The translations under genes and the position numbers were made by a program. Shown here one piece after another: positions 1 through 10,959 of a DNA stretch of 64,000 nt. Each line of letters starts with the position of its first letter. Position 1 is the stretch's first letter. The stretch spans positions 640,001 through 704,000 of the forward strand of contig OY970229.1 in the NCBI GenBank assembly GCA_963714085.1, written 5' to 3'. The notes under the pieces were generated by a model that was given only the letters and a program-made list of their open reading frames with translations, was not told the origin of the DNA and ran no database searches. The stretch comes from an uncultured Candidatus Micrarchaeota archaeon. GTDB lineage: Archaea > Micrarchaeota > Micrarchaeia > Anstonellales > Bilamarchaeaceae.

Positions 1-5
1 CCACG

Positions 6-836
6 ATGCTCCAGAAATTCGAGTCGTTCCTGGTGTCCCCCTACTTCTGGGGTCTCGAGGTCGTCGGCGTAGTGGTCCTGCTGTTTTATCTCTTCGTCTC
101 TGCGGATGCCTGGAGGAGCGTCCCGGTCTTCGCCTCGTTCGTCCTTTCCGGGCTCATCGCATTCGTCGTCCCGTTCCTCTGGTGCGCGGCATTCTGGTAC
201 GCGGATTTCAGGAGGCGCGCGCCGCTGCGCATGATGATGACGTTCTTCCTGTGGGGCTGCATGGCGGCTCTCATGGCCGTGGGCATAAACACCTTCTGGG
301 GCGCGGCGTTCGAGCTCCTGGGCCTGGGCTCCATCGGCGCCGTGGTGGTCGCCCCGTTCACGGAGGAGCTTTTCAAAGGCAGCGGGCTCGCCCTGCTCTC
401 CGAGCACAACGACTACAGCTCCGTCGAGGCCGGCCTGGTGTTCGGGTTCGCAATAGGCATGGGATTCTCGTTCATAGAGAACTGGATGTACCTCCTAAGC
501 AATCCATTCAGCGCGGACATCTGGGGCTGGCTCGCCGTGTTCCTGCTGCGCTCCGTGCTGTTCTCGGCGGACCACGGGGTGTACACCGCCATAACCGGAG
601 GCATCATCGGGCTTCTCAAGGAAAGGAGGTACGCGGCTCCGGCCCTCGGCCTCGTACCCGGGGTGCTCATCGCGTCCGTGCTCCACGCAATCCACAACTC
701 CGGCGCGCCCCTAGCGGACATGTTCGGCCTTGGCGGCAGCCTCGCCTATTTCTGCATACTCCTTCCGCTGGTGGATTACGGAGCGCTCCTCCTGCTGCTT
801 GCCATCTTCGCATGGGCGGTGCTCAGGAAAAAATAG
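6..836 (+). CDS. prsW: PrsW-family intramembrane glutamic/metalloprotease
   Basis: Multi-TM protein with PrsW motifs: PFTEELFK (EE), GFSFIENW, H in ADHG and LHAIHN. Confidence 0.85.
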   Translation: MLQKFESFLVSPYFWGLEVVGVVVLLFYLFVSADAWRSVPVFASFVLSGLIAFVVPFLWCAAFWYADFRRRAPLRMMMTFFLWGCMAALMAVGINTFWGAAFELLGLGSIGAVVVAPFTEELFKGSGLALLSEHNDYSSVEAGLVFGFAIGMGFSFIENWMYLLSNPFSADIWGWLAVFLLRSVLFSADHGVYTAITGGIIGLLKERRYAAPALGLVPGVLIASVLHAIHNSGAPLADMFGLGGSLAYFCILLPLVDYGALLLLLAIFAWAVLRKK

Positions 837-850
837 GGGCTTGCCCATAC

Positions 851-858
851 TATTTAAG
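851..858 (+). promoter_or_regulatory. Archaeal TATA box for HIT gene
   Basis: TATTTAAG starts 26 nt before ATG 877. Confidence 0.5.
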
Positions 859-876
859 TATAAGGTGCGCCATAAT

Positions 877-1305
877 ATGGATATGTCAGGATGCATATTT
901 TGCGCTATAATCAAGGGAGAATCGGCGGCTGTCAAGGTCTACGAGGACGAGAAGACGCTGGTGATAATGGATAGGAAGCCGATAACAAACGGCCATCTGC
1001 TGGTCATACCGAAGAAGCACGCCGAGTTCCTCACGGAGCTGGACGACGAGCGGGTGGGCGAGATGTTCAAGGTGGCCAAGAAGATGTCGCTTGCGCTCAA
1101 GAAATCGAAGCTCAGGTGCAAGGGGATGAACTACCTTCTTGCCGACGGCGCTGAGGCCGGGCAGGAGGTCTTCCACGTGCACCTCCATCTCATACCCAGA
1201 TACAGGGGAGACGGGTTCTACATGCACATGCCCCCGAAGTACGAGAACGAGACGAGCACCGAGGACCTTGAAAGGGTCGCGGCCAAGATAGAGACCATGT
1301 TCTGA
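877..1305 (+). CDS. hit: HIT-family nucleotide hydrolase
   Basis: CIFC at N-terminus and histidine triad HVHLHLIPR; start trimmed to ATG 877. Confidence 0.92.
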   Translation: MDMSGCIFCAIIKGESAAVKVYEDEKTLVIMDRKPITNGHLLVIPKKHAEFLTELDDERVGEMFKVAKKMSLALKKSKLRCKGMNYLLADGAEAGQEVFHVHLHLIPRYRGDGFYMHMPPKYENETSTEDLERVAAKIETMF

Positions 1306-1323
1306 GCGGCTCAACCAGCACGC

Positions 1324-1902
1324 TCACTTCCTCGCGAAAACCAGATACGCAGAATGCATGAGCCCGAAGTGCTGCGGCCTGACGCCGAAATCACGCACCT
1401 CGTACTCGCGGACTATGCCTTCCAGCATGAATGTCCCGGAGAAATGCTTCTTAGCCTCGAGCACGAGCGCCTTGGCCTGCTCTATGTTCAGGCAATGCGC
1501 CGCGAGGAAGCCGCCCTTCCTGAGGAGCTCGTGGCTGCGTTTGGCGACCTTCTCGCTGTCTGCGATGTCGCAGAACACCAGGTCGAACCCGCCATCTTCC
1601 TCTATGCCTTCCAGGACGTCCTTGCGCTTGAGGATTATGTTCGTTAGGCCGCTCTCTTTTATGTTGTGCTCGGCCAGGTCCGCGAACTCGGAGCGCTTCT
1701 CGTAGGTCGTGACCTCCTTCGCGATATTGGCCAGCTGGATGGTCATGAATCCCGAACCGGTGCCTAGCTCGAGCACGCGGGACTCGCGGCCGATACCGGT
1801 ATATCCGATGACGAGGCCCGCGTCCTTGGGCAATGTCACTGCAGGGCCTCCGCGCTTGCATTTCCTGAGGAGTTCGGGGAAGTGGAAATCTGGCTTGTCC
1901 AT
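1324..1902 (-). CDS. trmI: tRNA (adenine57/58-N1)-methyltransferase, short form
   Basis: GPAVTLPKDAG, ELGTGSG SAM motif, C-terminal VRP...MHSAYL. Confidence 0.85.
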   Translation of the reverse strand: MDKPDFHFPELLRKCKRGGPAVTLPKDAGLVIGYTGIGRESRVLELGTGSGFMTIQLANIAKEVTTYEKRSEFADLAEHNIKESGLTNIILKRKDVLEGIEEDGGFDLVFCDIADSEKVAKRSHELLRKGGFLAAHCLNIEQAKALVLEAKKHFSGTFMLEGIVREYEVRDFGVRPQHFGLMHSAYLVFARK

Positions 1903-1919
1903 GTGTTCAACTCGTGTTC

Positions 1920-2357
1920 CTATCTCTTCATCTTCTCCCGGTATTCCTTCAGCCTCCTCTCTAACGCGCCGTCTTTGAGCGCGAGGATGGAGACCGCGAG
2001 CAGGGCCGCGTTCTTGGCGTTGTCTATCCCGACCGTAGCCACCGGGATTCCTGAGGGCATCTGGATCATGGAAAGGAGCGCATCAAGGCCGTCGAGCTTG
2101 ACATCCACAGGCACGCCTATGACCGGTTTCAGGGTCTTCGAGGCGATTACGCCCGGGAGCGCGGCGCTCAGTCCGGCTATGGCGATGACCACGTCTGCAG
2201 ACGTGGTCGAGACCAGTTTGTCGACCTTCTCCGGGGTGCGGTGCGCGCTTGCGACCTCGGTCCGGAATTCGACGCTGAATTCCTTCAGGACTTCCTCTGC
2301 CCTCTCGGCGATCTTCCTGTCGCTCTCACTTCCCGCGATTATCAGAACGCGTTCCAT
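1920..2357 (-). CDS. purE: N5-CAIR mutase / AIR carboxylase
   Basis: [37 protein letters not shown]; start trimmed to 2357. Confidence 0.93.
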   Translation of the reverse strand: MERVLIIAGSESDRKIAERAEEVLKEFSVEFRTEVASAHRTPEKVDKLVSTTSADVVIAIAGLSAALPGVIASKTLKPVIGVPVDVKLDGLDALLSMIQMPSGIPVATVGIDNAKNAALLAVSILALKDGALERRLKEYREKMKR

Positions 2358-2409
2358 AAAGGTGATTGGTTTGCAGGATTTTATAAAACATTCACTACCA
2401 ATCCACTCC

Positions 2410-2724
2410 ATGGTCAAGGCGGCGGCGATGAGGAAAAGGTACATCCTGTTCGAATTGCAGGGCGAGCCTGCGGAAGAGGAAACGCTCAAGCGCGCGCTAT
2501 ATGCCGAGGCGCTGAGGTTCTTCGGAGAGTTGGGCATGTCCCGGGCAGCGTTCAAGCTCGTCGGATTCGACCCGAAGACGAATCAGGGTATTATCCGGTG
2601 CGAGCGCTCCCACCTTGAGGAGGTGCTCGGCTTCCTCGCGCTCCTGGGCTCACTTGATGGGAAGCCCGCCCGGGTGCGCTCGCTAAAATCCAGCGGGACG
2701 ATAGCTGCGCTGAAGCGGGCTTAG
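2410..2724 (+). CDS. pop5: RNase P protein Pop5/Rpp14
   Basis: RKRYILF N-terminus, GIIRC, SGTI C-terminus; ATG 2410. Confidence 0.85.
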   Translation: MVKAAAMRKRYILFELQGEPAEEETLKRALYAEALRFFGELGMSRAAFKLVGFDPKTNQGIIRCERSHLEEVLGFLALLGSLDGKPARVRSLKSSGTIAALKRA

Positions 2725-3218
2725 GACGACTTGACGCCTTCGAGTATCTGCTTGTTCAGCCTTATTATGTTGGTCTTGCCGCTGGATTCCTTGGAAATCG
2801 TGCCCCTTCTCTCAAGCCGCTCCAATATGCGGTGTGCCTTGACCTTCCCTATGCCTTCTATGCGCGAGAGCTCGGCCTGGGTCGCCCTTCCGCCTTCTGC
2901 GACGAGCTTGGATATCACTTTCTTCTCATCCGAAGGGAGCATGCCGAGCATTGCCTGCTCCTGGCCAGGGGTTTTCGGCAACTCGACTTTCCTCTCGAAA
3001 TATAGGTAGGACACTCCAACGCCTGCGAGGAATCCGCCGATGATAATCAATGGCAGGAACATGATGACTTCCTGCAGATACGACTCGTGCTCGCATTGAC
3101 CGCTGGCGCTGATGCATTGCTGCGGCATGTTGGACTGCACGAGCTGCGGCACGTAGTACACCGCCAGCACGATTGCGGCGAGCAGCACAAGCCCTAGGAG
3201 TATTTTCTTGTTTTCCAT
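2721..3218 (-). CDS. Membrane-anchored winged-helix protein (2 TM + C-terminal wHTH)
   Basis: Two hydrophobic helices, then TQAEL...KVKAHRILERLERRGTI...GKTN wHTH. Confidence 0.75.
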   Translation of the reverse strand: MENKKILLGLVLLAAIVLAVYYVPQLVQSNMPQQCISASGQCEHESYLQEVIMFLPLIIIGGFLAGVGVSYLYFERKVELPKTPGQEQAMLGMLPSDEKKVISKLVAEGGRATQAELSRIEGIGKVKAHRILERLERRGTISKESSGKTNIIRLNKQILEGVKSS

Positions 3219-3257
3219 AGTGGTAATTGCGCAAATGAGGTATATAAATATGACGTT

Positions 3258-3278
3258 TGGTTTCAGGAAATGAAACCA
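3258..3278. promoter_or_regulatory. Palindromic operator TGGTTTCA-N5-TGAAACCA
   Basis: Perfect 8-bp inverted repeat between divergent wHTH gene and cop operon; degenerate second copy at 3301-3321. Confidence 0.65.
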
Positions 3279-3333
3279 TGGTTGCGCTCAAAAATAAGTA
3301 TGGTTTCAGCCCTTGAACCTGCAGGTGGTTTGC

Positions 3334-3540
3334 ATGGAAAAGAAAATTACGCTAAAAACAAAGGGAATGCATTGCGCTTCCTGCGAGAAGCTGATAGAAG
3401 GGGTGGTGGGGGATTTGGCCGGAGTGAAGAGCGTCAAATCCAGCCGGGCATCGGAAAGCACTGAAATAGTATACGAAGATGCCGAAGTGGATGCGAAAGC
3501 GATAAAGGCCGCGATTGCAGGGCTCGGGTATAGCTGCTGA
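3334..3540 (+). CDS. copZ: Copper chaperone, single HMA domain
   Basis: GMHCASC motif, 68 aa. Confidence 0.88.
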   Translation: MEKKITLKTKGMHCASCEKLIEGVVGDLAGVKSVKSSRASESTEIVYEDAEVDAKAIKAAIAGLGYSC

Positions 3541-3552
3541 CTAGGTGGGGCT

Positions 3553-5058
3553 ATGGAAAGGAATATTACGCTCAAGACCGGGGATATGCACTGCGCTTCC
3601 TGCGAGAAGCTGATAGAACGGGCTGCGAGAGACGTCAAAGGTGTCAGGTCCGTCAAATCCGATTACAGCACGGAAATGACCGAGATTGTATATGATGATG
3701 CCGAAACAGACTTGGCGACCATCAGAACGGCTATAGAGAAGGAAGGGCATACGACAGAGGTGCAGTCAGCTGTAGCGGAAAGCGGGACAACAGTGACGGT
3801 GCAGGTTGAAGAGCCTGCATCCGAGCCCGGGTCAGCGGAAATGCCGTATAAAGTGCCGAACGGCGAGGGAACGAACCAGGGTTCAGGGCTGAACTTCGGC
3901 ACTTTATCCCTGGTCTTGGGTTTCATCGCGATACTGGTGGGGCTGTACCTCTTGCTGGTAAGGTCCGTCAGCCTTGATTTCAGCAGCATAAACGAGAACA
4001 CAGGAATCGCCGTGCTTCTGGTGATTGGCTTCCTTACGGGATTCCACTGCATAGGCATGTGCGGCGGCTTCGTGCTTTCCTACTCCGGAAAGATAAAAAA
4101 GCAGGGCGACCTAATGCCCCATCTCCAGTACGGCGCCGGCAAGACCATATCATACACCATAATTGGCGCAGTGTTCGGGCTTCTTGGCTCAATCATAGCA
4201 TTCACCACCGAGCTGCGCGGTTCGATAGCGGTGATCGCAGGGCTTTTCCTTGTGCTCTACGGGATAAACATGCTCAACCTCCTGCCGTCCCTGAGAAAGC
4301 TCCAGCCACGGCTCCCGTCCTTCATGCCGAACTGGGAGTGGGGAGGTAAAGGTCCGCTGGTGACCGGCCTGCTCAACGGGCTGATGTTGGCATGCGGGCC
4401 TCTCATGGCACTCTACATATTCGCGGCAGGCACCGGAAGCCCGGTCGCAGGAGCCAAGGCCCTCTTCTTCTTCGGACTGGGGACGCTTGTGCCGATGCTC
4501 ACTTTCGGAGTTGTTGCACGTTACCTCAGCGCCGCGTTCACGAGGAACGTAGTGAGGCTCTCCGGAGTGATGGTGATCGTGCTCGGCCTGCTCATGGCTA
4601 ACAATGGCCTCGCCCTTCTCGGCACGGGGATTCCGCTCTCAGTGGGTTCTGTGACGAGCCTGGCTGCGGGCGGCCCGGCGCCGGCAGGCAACACAACGGA
4701 TATTAAACTTGACCCGGAGGGTTTCCAGGTGATAGAGATGAACGTCACGGGCAGCGGGTGGGCGCCGAACAGCTTCGTGCTGAAAAAGGGCGTTCCTGTG
4801 AAGTGGGAGATAGACGCGCTCGAACTGAACGGATGCAACAGCGAAGTAGTAGTGCACGACTACGGGTTGGACATAAGGCTCAAGCCGGGCATGCAGACCG
4901 TGCAGTTCACCCCCCAGAATACCGGGACGATCCAGTTCAGTTGCGGGATGGGCATGATACGCGGACAGTTCCTAGTCTACGATTCCTCGTCCGCCGGAAG
5001 CGTGGCCCCGGCAGCGCCCGTGGTGCAGAAAAACGGGGGCTGCGGTTGCGGCGGGTGA
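3553..5058 (+). CDS. HMA + DsbD_2/TauE-like membrane domain + cupredoxin fusion protein
   Basis: [14 protein letters not shown] and ACGP in TM domain; GCN...FSCGMGM cupredoxin; CGCGG tail. Confidence 0.85.
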   Translation: MERNITLKTGDMHCASCEKLIERAARDVKGVRSVKSDYSTEMTEIVYDDAETDLATIRTAIEKEGHTTEVQSAVAESGTTVTVQVEEPASEPGSAEMPYKVPNGEGTNQGSGLNFGTLSLVLGFIAILVGLYLLLVRSVSLDFSSINENTGIAVLLVIGFLTGFHCIGMCGGFVLSYSGKIKKQGDLMPHLQYGAGKTISYTIIGAVFGLLGSIIAFTTELRGSIAVIAGLFLVLYGINMLNLLPSLRKLQPRLPSFMPNWEWGGKGPLVTGLLNGLMLACGPLMALYIFAAGTGSPVAGAKALFFFGLGTLVPMLTFGVVARYLSAAFTRNVVRLSGVMVIVLGLLMANNGLALLGTGIPLSVGSVTSLAAGGPAPAGNTTDIKLDPEGFQVIEMNVTGSGWAPNSFVLKKGVPVKWEIDALELNGCNSEVVVHDYGLDIRLKPGMQTVQFTPQNTGTIQFSCGMGMIRGQFLVYDSSSAGSVAPAAPVVQKNGGCGCGG

Positions 5059-5062
5059 GTGC

Positions 5063-7336
5063 ATGACGAAGACCACCATAGGCATCACCGGGATGGACTG
5101 CGCGAGCTGCGCCATGAACATCGAGCGCAAGGTGAAGAAGCTCAATGGGGTCGCGAGCGTCAATGTCAACATAGCCACGAATAAGGCGACAATCGAGTAC
5201 GATGAGAAGGAGTTGGGACTCAGGGACATAAAGGACGCGATAGAAAGCATAGGCTACGGTGCGGACATCCCGGAAGACGCAGAGAAGAAGATAAATATGA
5301 ACGCGGGTGAGGAGCAATCCGAGTTCGAAAAAGGGATTGACAGGGAGAAACTCGCCAGGGAGAGGGAGATGTCGAATCTTAAGTATAGGCTCACATGGTC
5401 CGCCATCCTGACGGTGCCCGTGCTTGTCCTCGGATTGCCTGGGATGCTAAAGGGCGCGGTAGCGCTCCAGTACCCGGAATTCTTCATGAGGAACATGACG
5501 ATACTCCAGTTCCTCCTCACGAGCCCCGTGCTGTATCTGAACCGCGACTTCTTCGTGAGAGGGTTCAGGGGGCTGGTCAGCAGGATGCCGGGCATGGACA
5601 CGCTCGTTGCGCTCGGCGTGGGAACCGCTTACGTCTACAGCGTGCTGGTCGGCTTCGATCTCATCAGCGGCAGTGTCTATTACGAGAGCGCGGCGCTGCT
5701 GCTCACTTTCATAGTCCTCGGGAAATATCTCGAGTCGGTCGCCAAGGGCAGGACATCAGAGGCCATAAAGCGGCTGATAGGGCTGCAGCCCAAGACCGCG
5801 CTAGTCGTGCGCAATGGAAAGGAGATTGAAATCCCGATAAAGGAGGTCGTTGTCGGAGACATGGTGATAATAAAGCCCGGAGACAAGATTCCAGTGGACG
5901 GGACCGTCATCGAAGGGGAAAGCAGCGTCGACGAGAGCATGATAACCGGGGAGAGCATCCCGGTCCATAAGAAGAAGGGGGCTCTTGTCATCGGAGCGAC
6001 TATAAACAAGACTGGCTCGTTCACGTTCAAGGCGACCAAAATCGGCAGTGCCACAATGCTCGCGCAGATAATCAAGCTCGTGGAGGACGCGCAGGGGAGC
6101 AAGGCCCCGATACAGATGCTTGCGGACATCGTCGCCGGCTATTTCGTGCAAGGGGTGATCCTGCTCGCCCTTATCGCGTTCGGATACTGGTATGTTGTGG
6201 CTGGTAAGGCGTTCCTGTTCGCTATAACCGTGCTTGTTTCCACGCTTGTCATAGCGTGCCCGTGCGCCATGGGGCTTGCGACTCCGACCGCGGTGATGAT
6301 GGGGACGGGAAAAGGCGCGGAGAACGGCGTGCTGTTCAAGGATGCGGAGAGCCTGGAACTGCTGCACCAGGCCAAGATAATAGTATTCGACAAGACTGGT
6401 ACGATAACGAAGGGCGAAGCGGTAGTCACGGACATAGTCCCGTATAAGATGGACAAGAACGAATTGCTGTCTCTTGCGGCATCGGCCGAGAAGGGCTCCG
6501 AGCACGCGCTGGCGGAAGCGGTCGTGCAGGTGGCGAAGCAGAACAAGGTGATTGTTCCCGCGGCGAGATCGTTCAAGGCCATACCAGGTTATGGCGTGTC
6601 GGCCAGCGTAGGAAACGCCCGCGTATTGGTCGGGAACGCCGCCCTCATGAAGAAGGGAAATGTCGTGGTAAGCGCCTCCACGACGGAACGGATGCATGGC
6701 CTCGAGCACGAAGGAAAGACCGTTGTGATGGTCGCTGCGGACGGAGAGATGGCCGGTCTCATGGCCATCGCAGATACGATAAAGGAGCACTCCAAAGAGG
6801 CTATTGGAAGGTTGCATGAGATGGGCTACGAGACCGCCATGATAACCGGGGACAACGAGAGGACCGCTATGGCGATTGCGAAGCAGGCGGGAATCGACAG
6901 GGTCCTTGCCCATGTGCTTCCCGAGGACAAGGCTAACGAGGTGAAGGTGCTGCAGGAGGGCGGCAGGCACAAGGTCGCTTTCGTCGGGGACGGTATAAAC
7001 GACGCCCCTGCACTCGCCCAGGCGGACATAGGCATCGCCATAGGCACGGGAACGGATGTGGCGATAGAGAGCGGCGGGATCGTGCTCGTGAAAAGCGATT
7101 TGCGGGACATCGTGGCCGCGATCCAGCTCAGCCGCTACACGATGGACAAGATAAAGCAAAACCTCTTCTGGGCCTTTGTCTATAATTCCATCGGGATTCC
7201 CATTGCCATGGGCGTGCTCTACCCCATATCCGGTTTCCTCCTAAGCCCTGTCGTAGCAGGGGCGGCTATGGCGTTCTCGAGCGTGAGCGTGGTGAGCAAC
7301 AGCCTGCTCATGAGACGCTGGAAGCCCAGGATATAA
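5063..7336 (+). CDS. copA: Cu(I)-translocating P1B-type ATPase
   Basis: GMDCASC, TGES, CPC, DKTGT, GDGIND, YN and MAFSS motifs. Confidence 0.95.
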   Translation: MTKTTIGITGMDCASCAMNIERKVKKLNGVASVNVNIATNKATIEYDEKELGLRDIKDAIESIGYGADIPEDAEKKINMNAGEEQSEFEKGIDREKLAREREMSNLKYRLTWSAILTVPVLVLGLPGMLKGAVALQYPEFFMRNMTILQFLLTSPVLYLNRDFFVRGFRGLVSRMPGMDTLVALGVGTAYVYSVLVGFDLISGSVYYESAALLLTFIVLGKYLESVAKGRTSEAIKRLIGLQPKTALVVRNGKEIEIPIKEVVVGDMVIIKPGDKIPVDGTVIEGESSVDESMITGESIPVHKKKGALVIGATINKTGSFTFKATKIGSATMLAQIIKLVEDAQGSKAPIQMLADIVAGYFVQGVILLALIAFGYWYVVAGKAFLFAITVLVSTLVIACPCAMGLATPTAVMMGTGKGAENGVLFKDAESLELLHQAKIIVFDKTGTITKGEAVVTDIVPYKMDKNELLSLAASAEKGSEHALAEAVVQVAKQNKVIVPAARSFKAIPGYGVSASVGNARVLVGNAALMKKGNVVVSASTTERMHGLEHEGKTVVMVAADGEMAGLMAIADTIKEHSKEAIGRLHEMGYETAMITGDNERTAMAIAKQAGIDRVLAHVLPEDKANEVKVLQEGGRHKVAFVGDGINDAPALAQADIGIAIGTGTDVAIESGGIVLVKSDLRDIVAAIQLSRYTMDKIKQNLFWAFVYNSIGIPIAMGVLYPISGFLLSPVVAGAAMAFSSVSVVSNSLLMRRWKPRI

Positions 7337-7419
7337 GCCGGTTTAGGGAACCGTGATAGCATAAAGAATACAACGGTGCATAAGTTAGGATGGTAATGAG
7401 CTAAAGCGAGGAGATTTCA

Positions 7420-8088
7420 TTGACGCTTGATTTCAAGGCATGGCTCGCGGAACTGACGCCCAGGCACTTCTACAGGTTCTGCATACTCGTCATGCTGCCG
7501 TTCCTGGTGGGCTTATGGGTGCTTCCGCATACAACATACATGGACGGCCAGCTTCTCAGCACCCCGTCCGAGAACCAAAGCGGCTCGTCGCAGAGCATCA
7601 CATACACGTTCACGCACAACACTGCGGATGTGTCGATGCTACAGCAGGTGAATGCGATATTCCCGCTAGCAGACTACCTGGATTTCCCGCCTTTTGTCGT
7701 ACACAACAACCCGCTGATATGCTTCGAGGACCAGGGCAGCTACGTGGTCTTGCCGGACGGAAGCGACTTCACTCCGAATTTCGACTGGGACGTTCAGTTC
7801 GGCAACAGCACCACGCTCGACATCCCGCCGAATTCCGTCAAATGCGCACGCACCACTCCGGGCCAGACCAACTCGTATGAATGGCACGCGACCATGGACA
7901 TAAACATGGCGGACCAGAACCTGACCAGCAACCTGACTTTCGTCCCGAAAACAACCACGTACCCCCGCTTCGTGATGGATTACGGCCTGCTCCAAGGCCT
8001 GGTGATGATACCGGTCTGCTACCTTTTCATATGGTATCCCGCAGCGGGCATATGGAAGAAGATGCACAAGGGCATGGGCGAGCAATGA
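7420..8088 (+). CDS. Hypothetical membrane protein (N- and C-terminal TM, extracellular beta domain)
   Basis: Long ORF with two hydrophobic segments and several N-x-S/T sites; TTG start uncertain. Confidence 0.65.
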   Translation: MTLDFKAWLAELTPRHFYRFCILVMLPFLVGLWVLPHTTYMDGQLLSTPSENQSGSSQSITYTFTHNTADVSMLQQVNAIFPLADYLDFPPFVVHNNPLICFEDQGSYVVLPDGSDFTPNFDWDVQFGNSTTLDIPPNSVKCARTTPGQTNSYEWHATMDINMADQNLTSNLTFVPKTTTYPRFVMDYGLLQGLVMIPVCYLFIWYPAAGIWKKMHKGMGEQ

Positions 8089-8089
8089 C

Positions 8090-8398
8090 TCAGGTGGTGC
8101 TTTTTTCCACCCAGTCGAAATAGTTCTTCTCGCATCTCTTTATCGACAGGCCGATTATCTCCGGGACCTCGTGCGGATGGATCGCCCTGATGTGCGCCTC
8201 GGCTTTTTTGTAGAGGGCGGCTTTAGTCTTGATTAGCAGCAGCCATTCCCCGACCTCTATTGTTTTCCCCTTCCACCTGTAGACGGATTTACTTATAGGC
8301 AATATAGAGACGCATGCCGCGAGCTTCTCCTTTACGAGGGATTTCGCGATGCGCTCCGCGGCCTTCCTGTCCGGGCAGGTGTTCAGGATAAGCATCAT
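8090..8398 (-). CDS. cutA: Divalent-cation tolerance protein CutA
   Basis: LAACV, SVYRWKG, HPHEVPEI. Confidence 0.92.
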   Translation of the reverse strand: MMLILNTCPDRKAAERIAKSLVKEKLAACVSILPISKSVYRWKGKTIEVGEWLLLIKTKAALYKKAEAHIRAIHPHEVPEIIGLSIKRCEKNYFDWVEKSTT

Positions 8399-8407
8399 GC
8401 GGGAATG

Positions 8408-9595
8408 TCACCTCTTAAATGCTATTTCAAGCACGTCCCTGTGCTTGAGGACATAATCCGCGCCCAGGGCACGCTTGGTCCGCACGTCTATGGCCTTGAT
8501 GAAGTTCTCCGCGAACGTCGAGTGGATTGCTCCCGCGAAATCAATCGCGGTGGAGCCAGGCTTCATCAGCCAGACATCCGGCAAAACCCGGCCCTGATCG
8601 TCGGAGAGCTTGGCGACACCGCCGGCAAACACCGCGATGTACTTGAGATAGTCGAATACCGCGGAATTCAGGCACTTCTGCGCGCCGGTGCCCCCGAACT
8701 TGTCCATCAAGGCTTTCATTATCGCCATTGCCTTCTCCTGCTGGGGGTTCAGCTCCTTGAGCACCTTGAAGCTGGCGTCTCCGGGGATGTATTCGATGAA
8801 ACCGGTCTTCGCCGCGTTCTTTAGCGTGATCTCTGCCTCTGCGGAGCAGGGGACGATGAAATAGTTGGGGAATTCCTTTTTCAGCTTCAGGTAGTTATCA
8901 TAGCCGGTCGAGAGGTCGCACTTGTTCGCCGCGATTATCGTGGGCTTTCCCAGCTCCCTTAGCGTCCGGGCCAGGCTTAGGATGTCTTCTTCGGTCCAGT
9001 CCGAGAGCTGTTTCTCCCGCAGGCCGAGCTTGTTCAGCACGCGGATGGCGACGTCCTTCGTGAAACCCAGTCCAGCCATCTGGTTCGCTATCATCTCCTC
9101 GTTCTTCTTGTTCAGCTTCGCCTCGCGCTTGAGCTTGTCCCAGTTCCTCTTGAGTATGCCCTCTATCCAGTAGTTCAGCTCGTCCTCCAGGAAGCGGATG
9201 TCTTTGGCCGGGTCGTAGCTCCCCATGGGGACCTTCTCGCCCACCTCGTTCGTGGAGCCGGACACGTCCACGATGTGTATCAGCAGGTCCGCCTGGCGCA
9301 GGTCGTCGAGGAACTTGTTCCCCAGGCCCTTGCCTTCATGCGCTCCCGGAACCAGACCTGCCACGTCGAGCAGCTCCACCGGGACGAACCTGCGGCTGTT
9401 CTTGCAGAAGCCGGTGCGGGGGTTGCACTGGACGTTGAACTCCTTGTCCACGCACTCAATCTCCACGTAGGCGACCCCGTGGTTCGGCTTGATTGTCGTG
9501 AACGGCCTTGGCGAGCGCTCGACCGGCACGGCTGTCAACGCCTCGAAGAAAGTGCTTTTGCCCGTGGATGGTTTTCCGACTATTCCAATTAGCAT
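8408..9595 (-). CDS. ychF: YchF/OLA1-like Obg-family NTPase with TGS domain
   Basis: GKPSTGKS, PFTTI, DVAGLV, GLGNKFL, NKCD. Confidence 0.9.
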   Translation of the reverse strand: MLIGIVGKPSTGKSTFFEALTAVPVERSPRPFTTIKPNHGVAYVEIECVDKEFNVQCNPRTGFCKNSRRFVPVELLDVAGLVPGAHEGKGLGNKFLDDLRQADLLIHIVDVSGSTNEVGEKVPMGSYDPAKDIRFLEDELNYWIEGILKRNWDKLKREAKLNKKNEEMIANQMAGLGFTKDVAIRVLNKLGLREKQLSDWTEEDILSLARTLRELGKPTIIAANKCDLSTGYDNYLKLKKEFPNYFIVPCSAEAEITLKNAAKTGFIEYIPGDASFKVLKELNPQQEKAMAIMKALMDKFGGTGAQKCLNSAVFDYLKYIAVFAGGVAKLSDDQGRVLPDVWLMKPGSTAIDFAGAIHSTFAENFIKAIDVRTKRALGADYVLKHRDVLEIAFKR

Positions 9596-9656
9596 AGGTC
9601 TATCTCTGTGCAGCTTTTTTCTTAATGGTTCCTACCAATGAAGCCGGTTCGATGCT

Positions 9657-10277
9657 TCACCACTTGCCCTTGAACCTGTCCTCGAGCGAGCTTAGCCCCA
9701 GCGAGGAGACGCTATTCCAGAGCCTGAGCCTCCAGATTCCCTCTTCCCAGGCGAGGATGGAGAGCCCGGCGTTGCCGAGCGCCAGCGTCCTCCATTTTTC
9801 CAGGGGCATGCCGAGGATGTGCATTGCCAGGAGCACGAGCGGGCCGTGATGCGAGATCACTAGGATTTTCTCATGCGCGTCCTTCGAGATAGTAGCCTCG
9901 AAATAATCCGCCACCCTCTTTTGCACCTCTTCCGGCGTCTCCCCTCCTGGCGCCCTCAGATACGGGTCGAGGTGGAACCTTTCGGGATCCGGCACGGAAT
10001 CCCAGGGCTTGCCCTCCAGCGTCCCATAGTTCCTCTCCCGCAGCGCCGGGGAATATATCACCTCGCAACCTAGCCGCGCGCACTCAACGGTCTGCCTCGT
10101 CCGCAGCAGGTCGGAGCAATAGGCGATGCCTATCCCCTCCTTATCCAGTCGCTTCTGGAGCGCCTTTGCCTGCTCCTTGCCCAATTTGGTAAGCGGAGTG
10201 TCGCTCCAGCCTCCGAACGTATTCGTCTTATTTGCGTCAGATTCCCCATGCCTGAGCAGGAATATCTGTCTCGTCAT
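9657..10277 (-). CDS. Histidine phosphatase (phosphoglycerate mutase-like) family
   Basis: LLRHGES, SDLLRT, LRER.YG, SHHG. Confidence 0.9.
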   Translation of the reverse strand: MTRQIFLLRHGESDANKTNTFGGWSDTPLTKLGKEQAKALQKRLDKEGIGIAYCSDLLRTRQTVECARLGCEVIYSPALRERNYGTLEGKPWDSVPDPERFHLDPYLRAPGGETPEEVQKRVADYFEATISKDAHEKILVISHHGPLVLLAMHILGMPLEKWRTLALGNAGLSILAWEEGIWRLRLWNSVSSLGLSSLEDRFKGKW

Positions 10278-10278
10278 A

Positions 10279-10959
10279 TTACTTCACCTTCTTCGCTTCC
10301 AGCTCTCTCCGCGCATCCGAGCCGATCCATCTCGCAGCCCGATCCGAAGACGAAGCTAGCCTCCGGGCGATGGAGAGCGCTTCCTTGTGGAGTTTCGCAT
10401 TGCGCTTCCCTATCTGCCGCAGCGCCCAGTTTACCGCCTTTTTCACGAAATTGCGCTGGTCAGTGGAATATTTTTCGATTAACGGCAAGTATAAGAGGAA
10501 TTCCGCGTCTTTCGCCTTCTTGTCATGGACCGCGCGCGCGGCCATCATCACGAAACCTGCGCGCCTCACGAACTCCCGCTCGTCCGCCACCCACTGTCGG
10601 ATCTTTTTCTCGCAGTGCGGCGTCTTGTCGAACAGGTTGCCGCAGCACTGGTCGCAGATATCCCAGGAATAAAAATCGCCGGCCCACTTGTCCATCTGGT
10701 TCTCCGAGACCAGCTCCGGATCGTCTATCATGGACGCGAGTATTTTAGCCTCGTGGATGTCCTCCTTCCAGAGGCGCAGCGCGAGAGCGTGGTCCTTGCC
10801 TATCTCCTTTGCGAGCCTTCGGGTTTCGGGAACCGGAATCCCGAGCGCGGTGTCAGACACTATCCCGTACCTGGCCATCCCCTCCCTGAAGCCCGGTTTC
10901 GCGTTTTTCGAGAGGGCCTTGAGTTTCTTGATTACATCCTCGGGTTCCATAAAGATCAT
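10279..10959 (-). CDS. alkD: AlkD-like DNA alkylation repair protein (HEAT-like repeats)
   Basis: SWDICD, EFVRRAG, FVKKAVNWALRQIGKRN; ATG overlaps the upstream TGA (ATGA). Confidence 0.88.
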   Translation of the reverse strand: MIFMEPEDVIKKLKALSKNAKPGFREGMARYGIVSDTALGIPVPETRRLAKEIGKDHALALRLWKEDIHEAKILASMIDDPELVSENQMDKWAGDFYSWDICDQCCGNLFDKTPHCEKKIRQWVADEREFVRRAGFVMMAARAVHDKKAKDAEFLLYLPLIEKYSTDQRNFVKKAVNWALRQIGKRNAKLHKEALSIARRLASSSDRAARWIGSDARRELEAKKVK

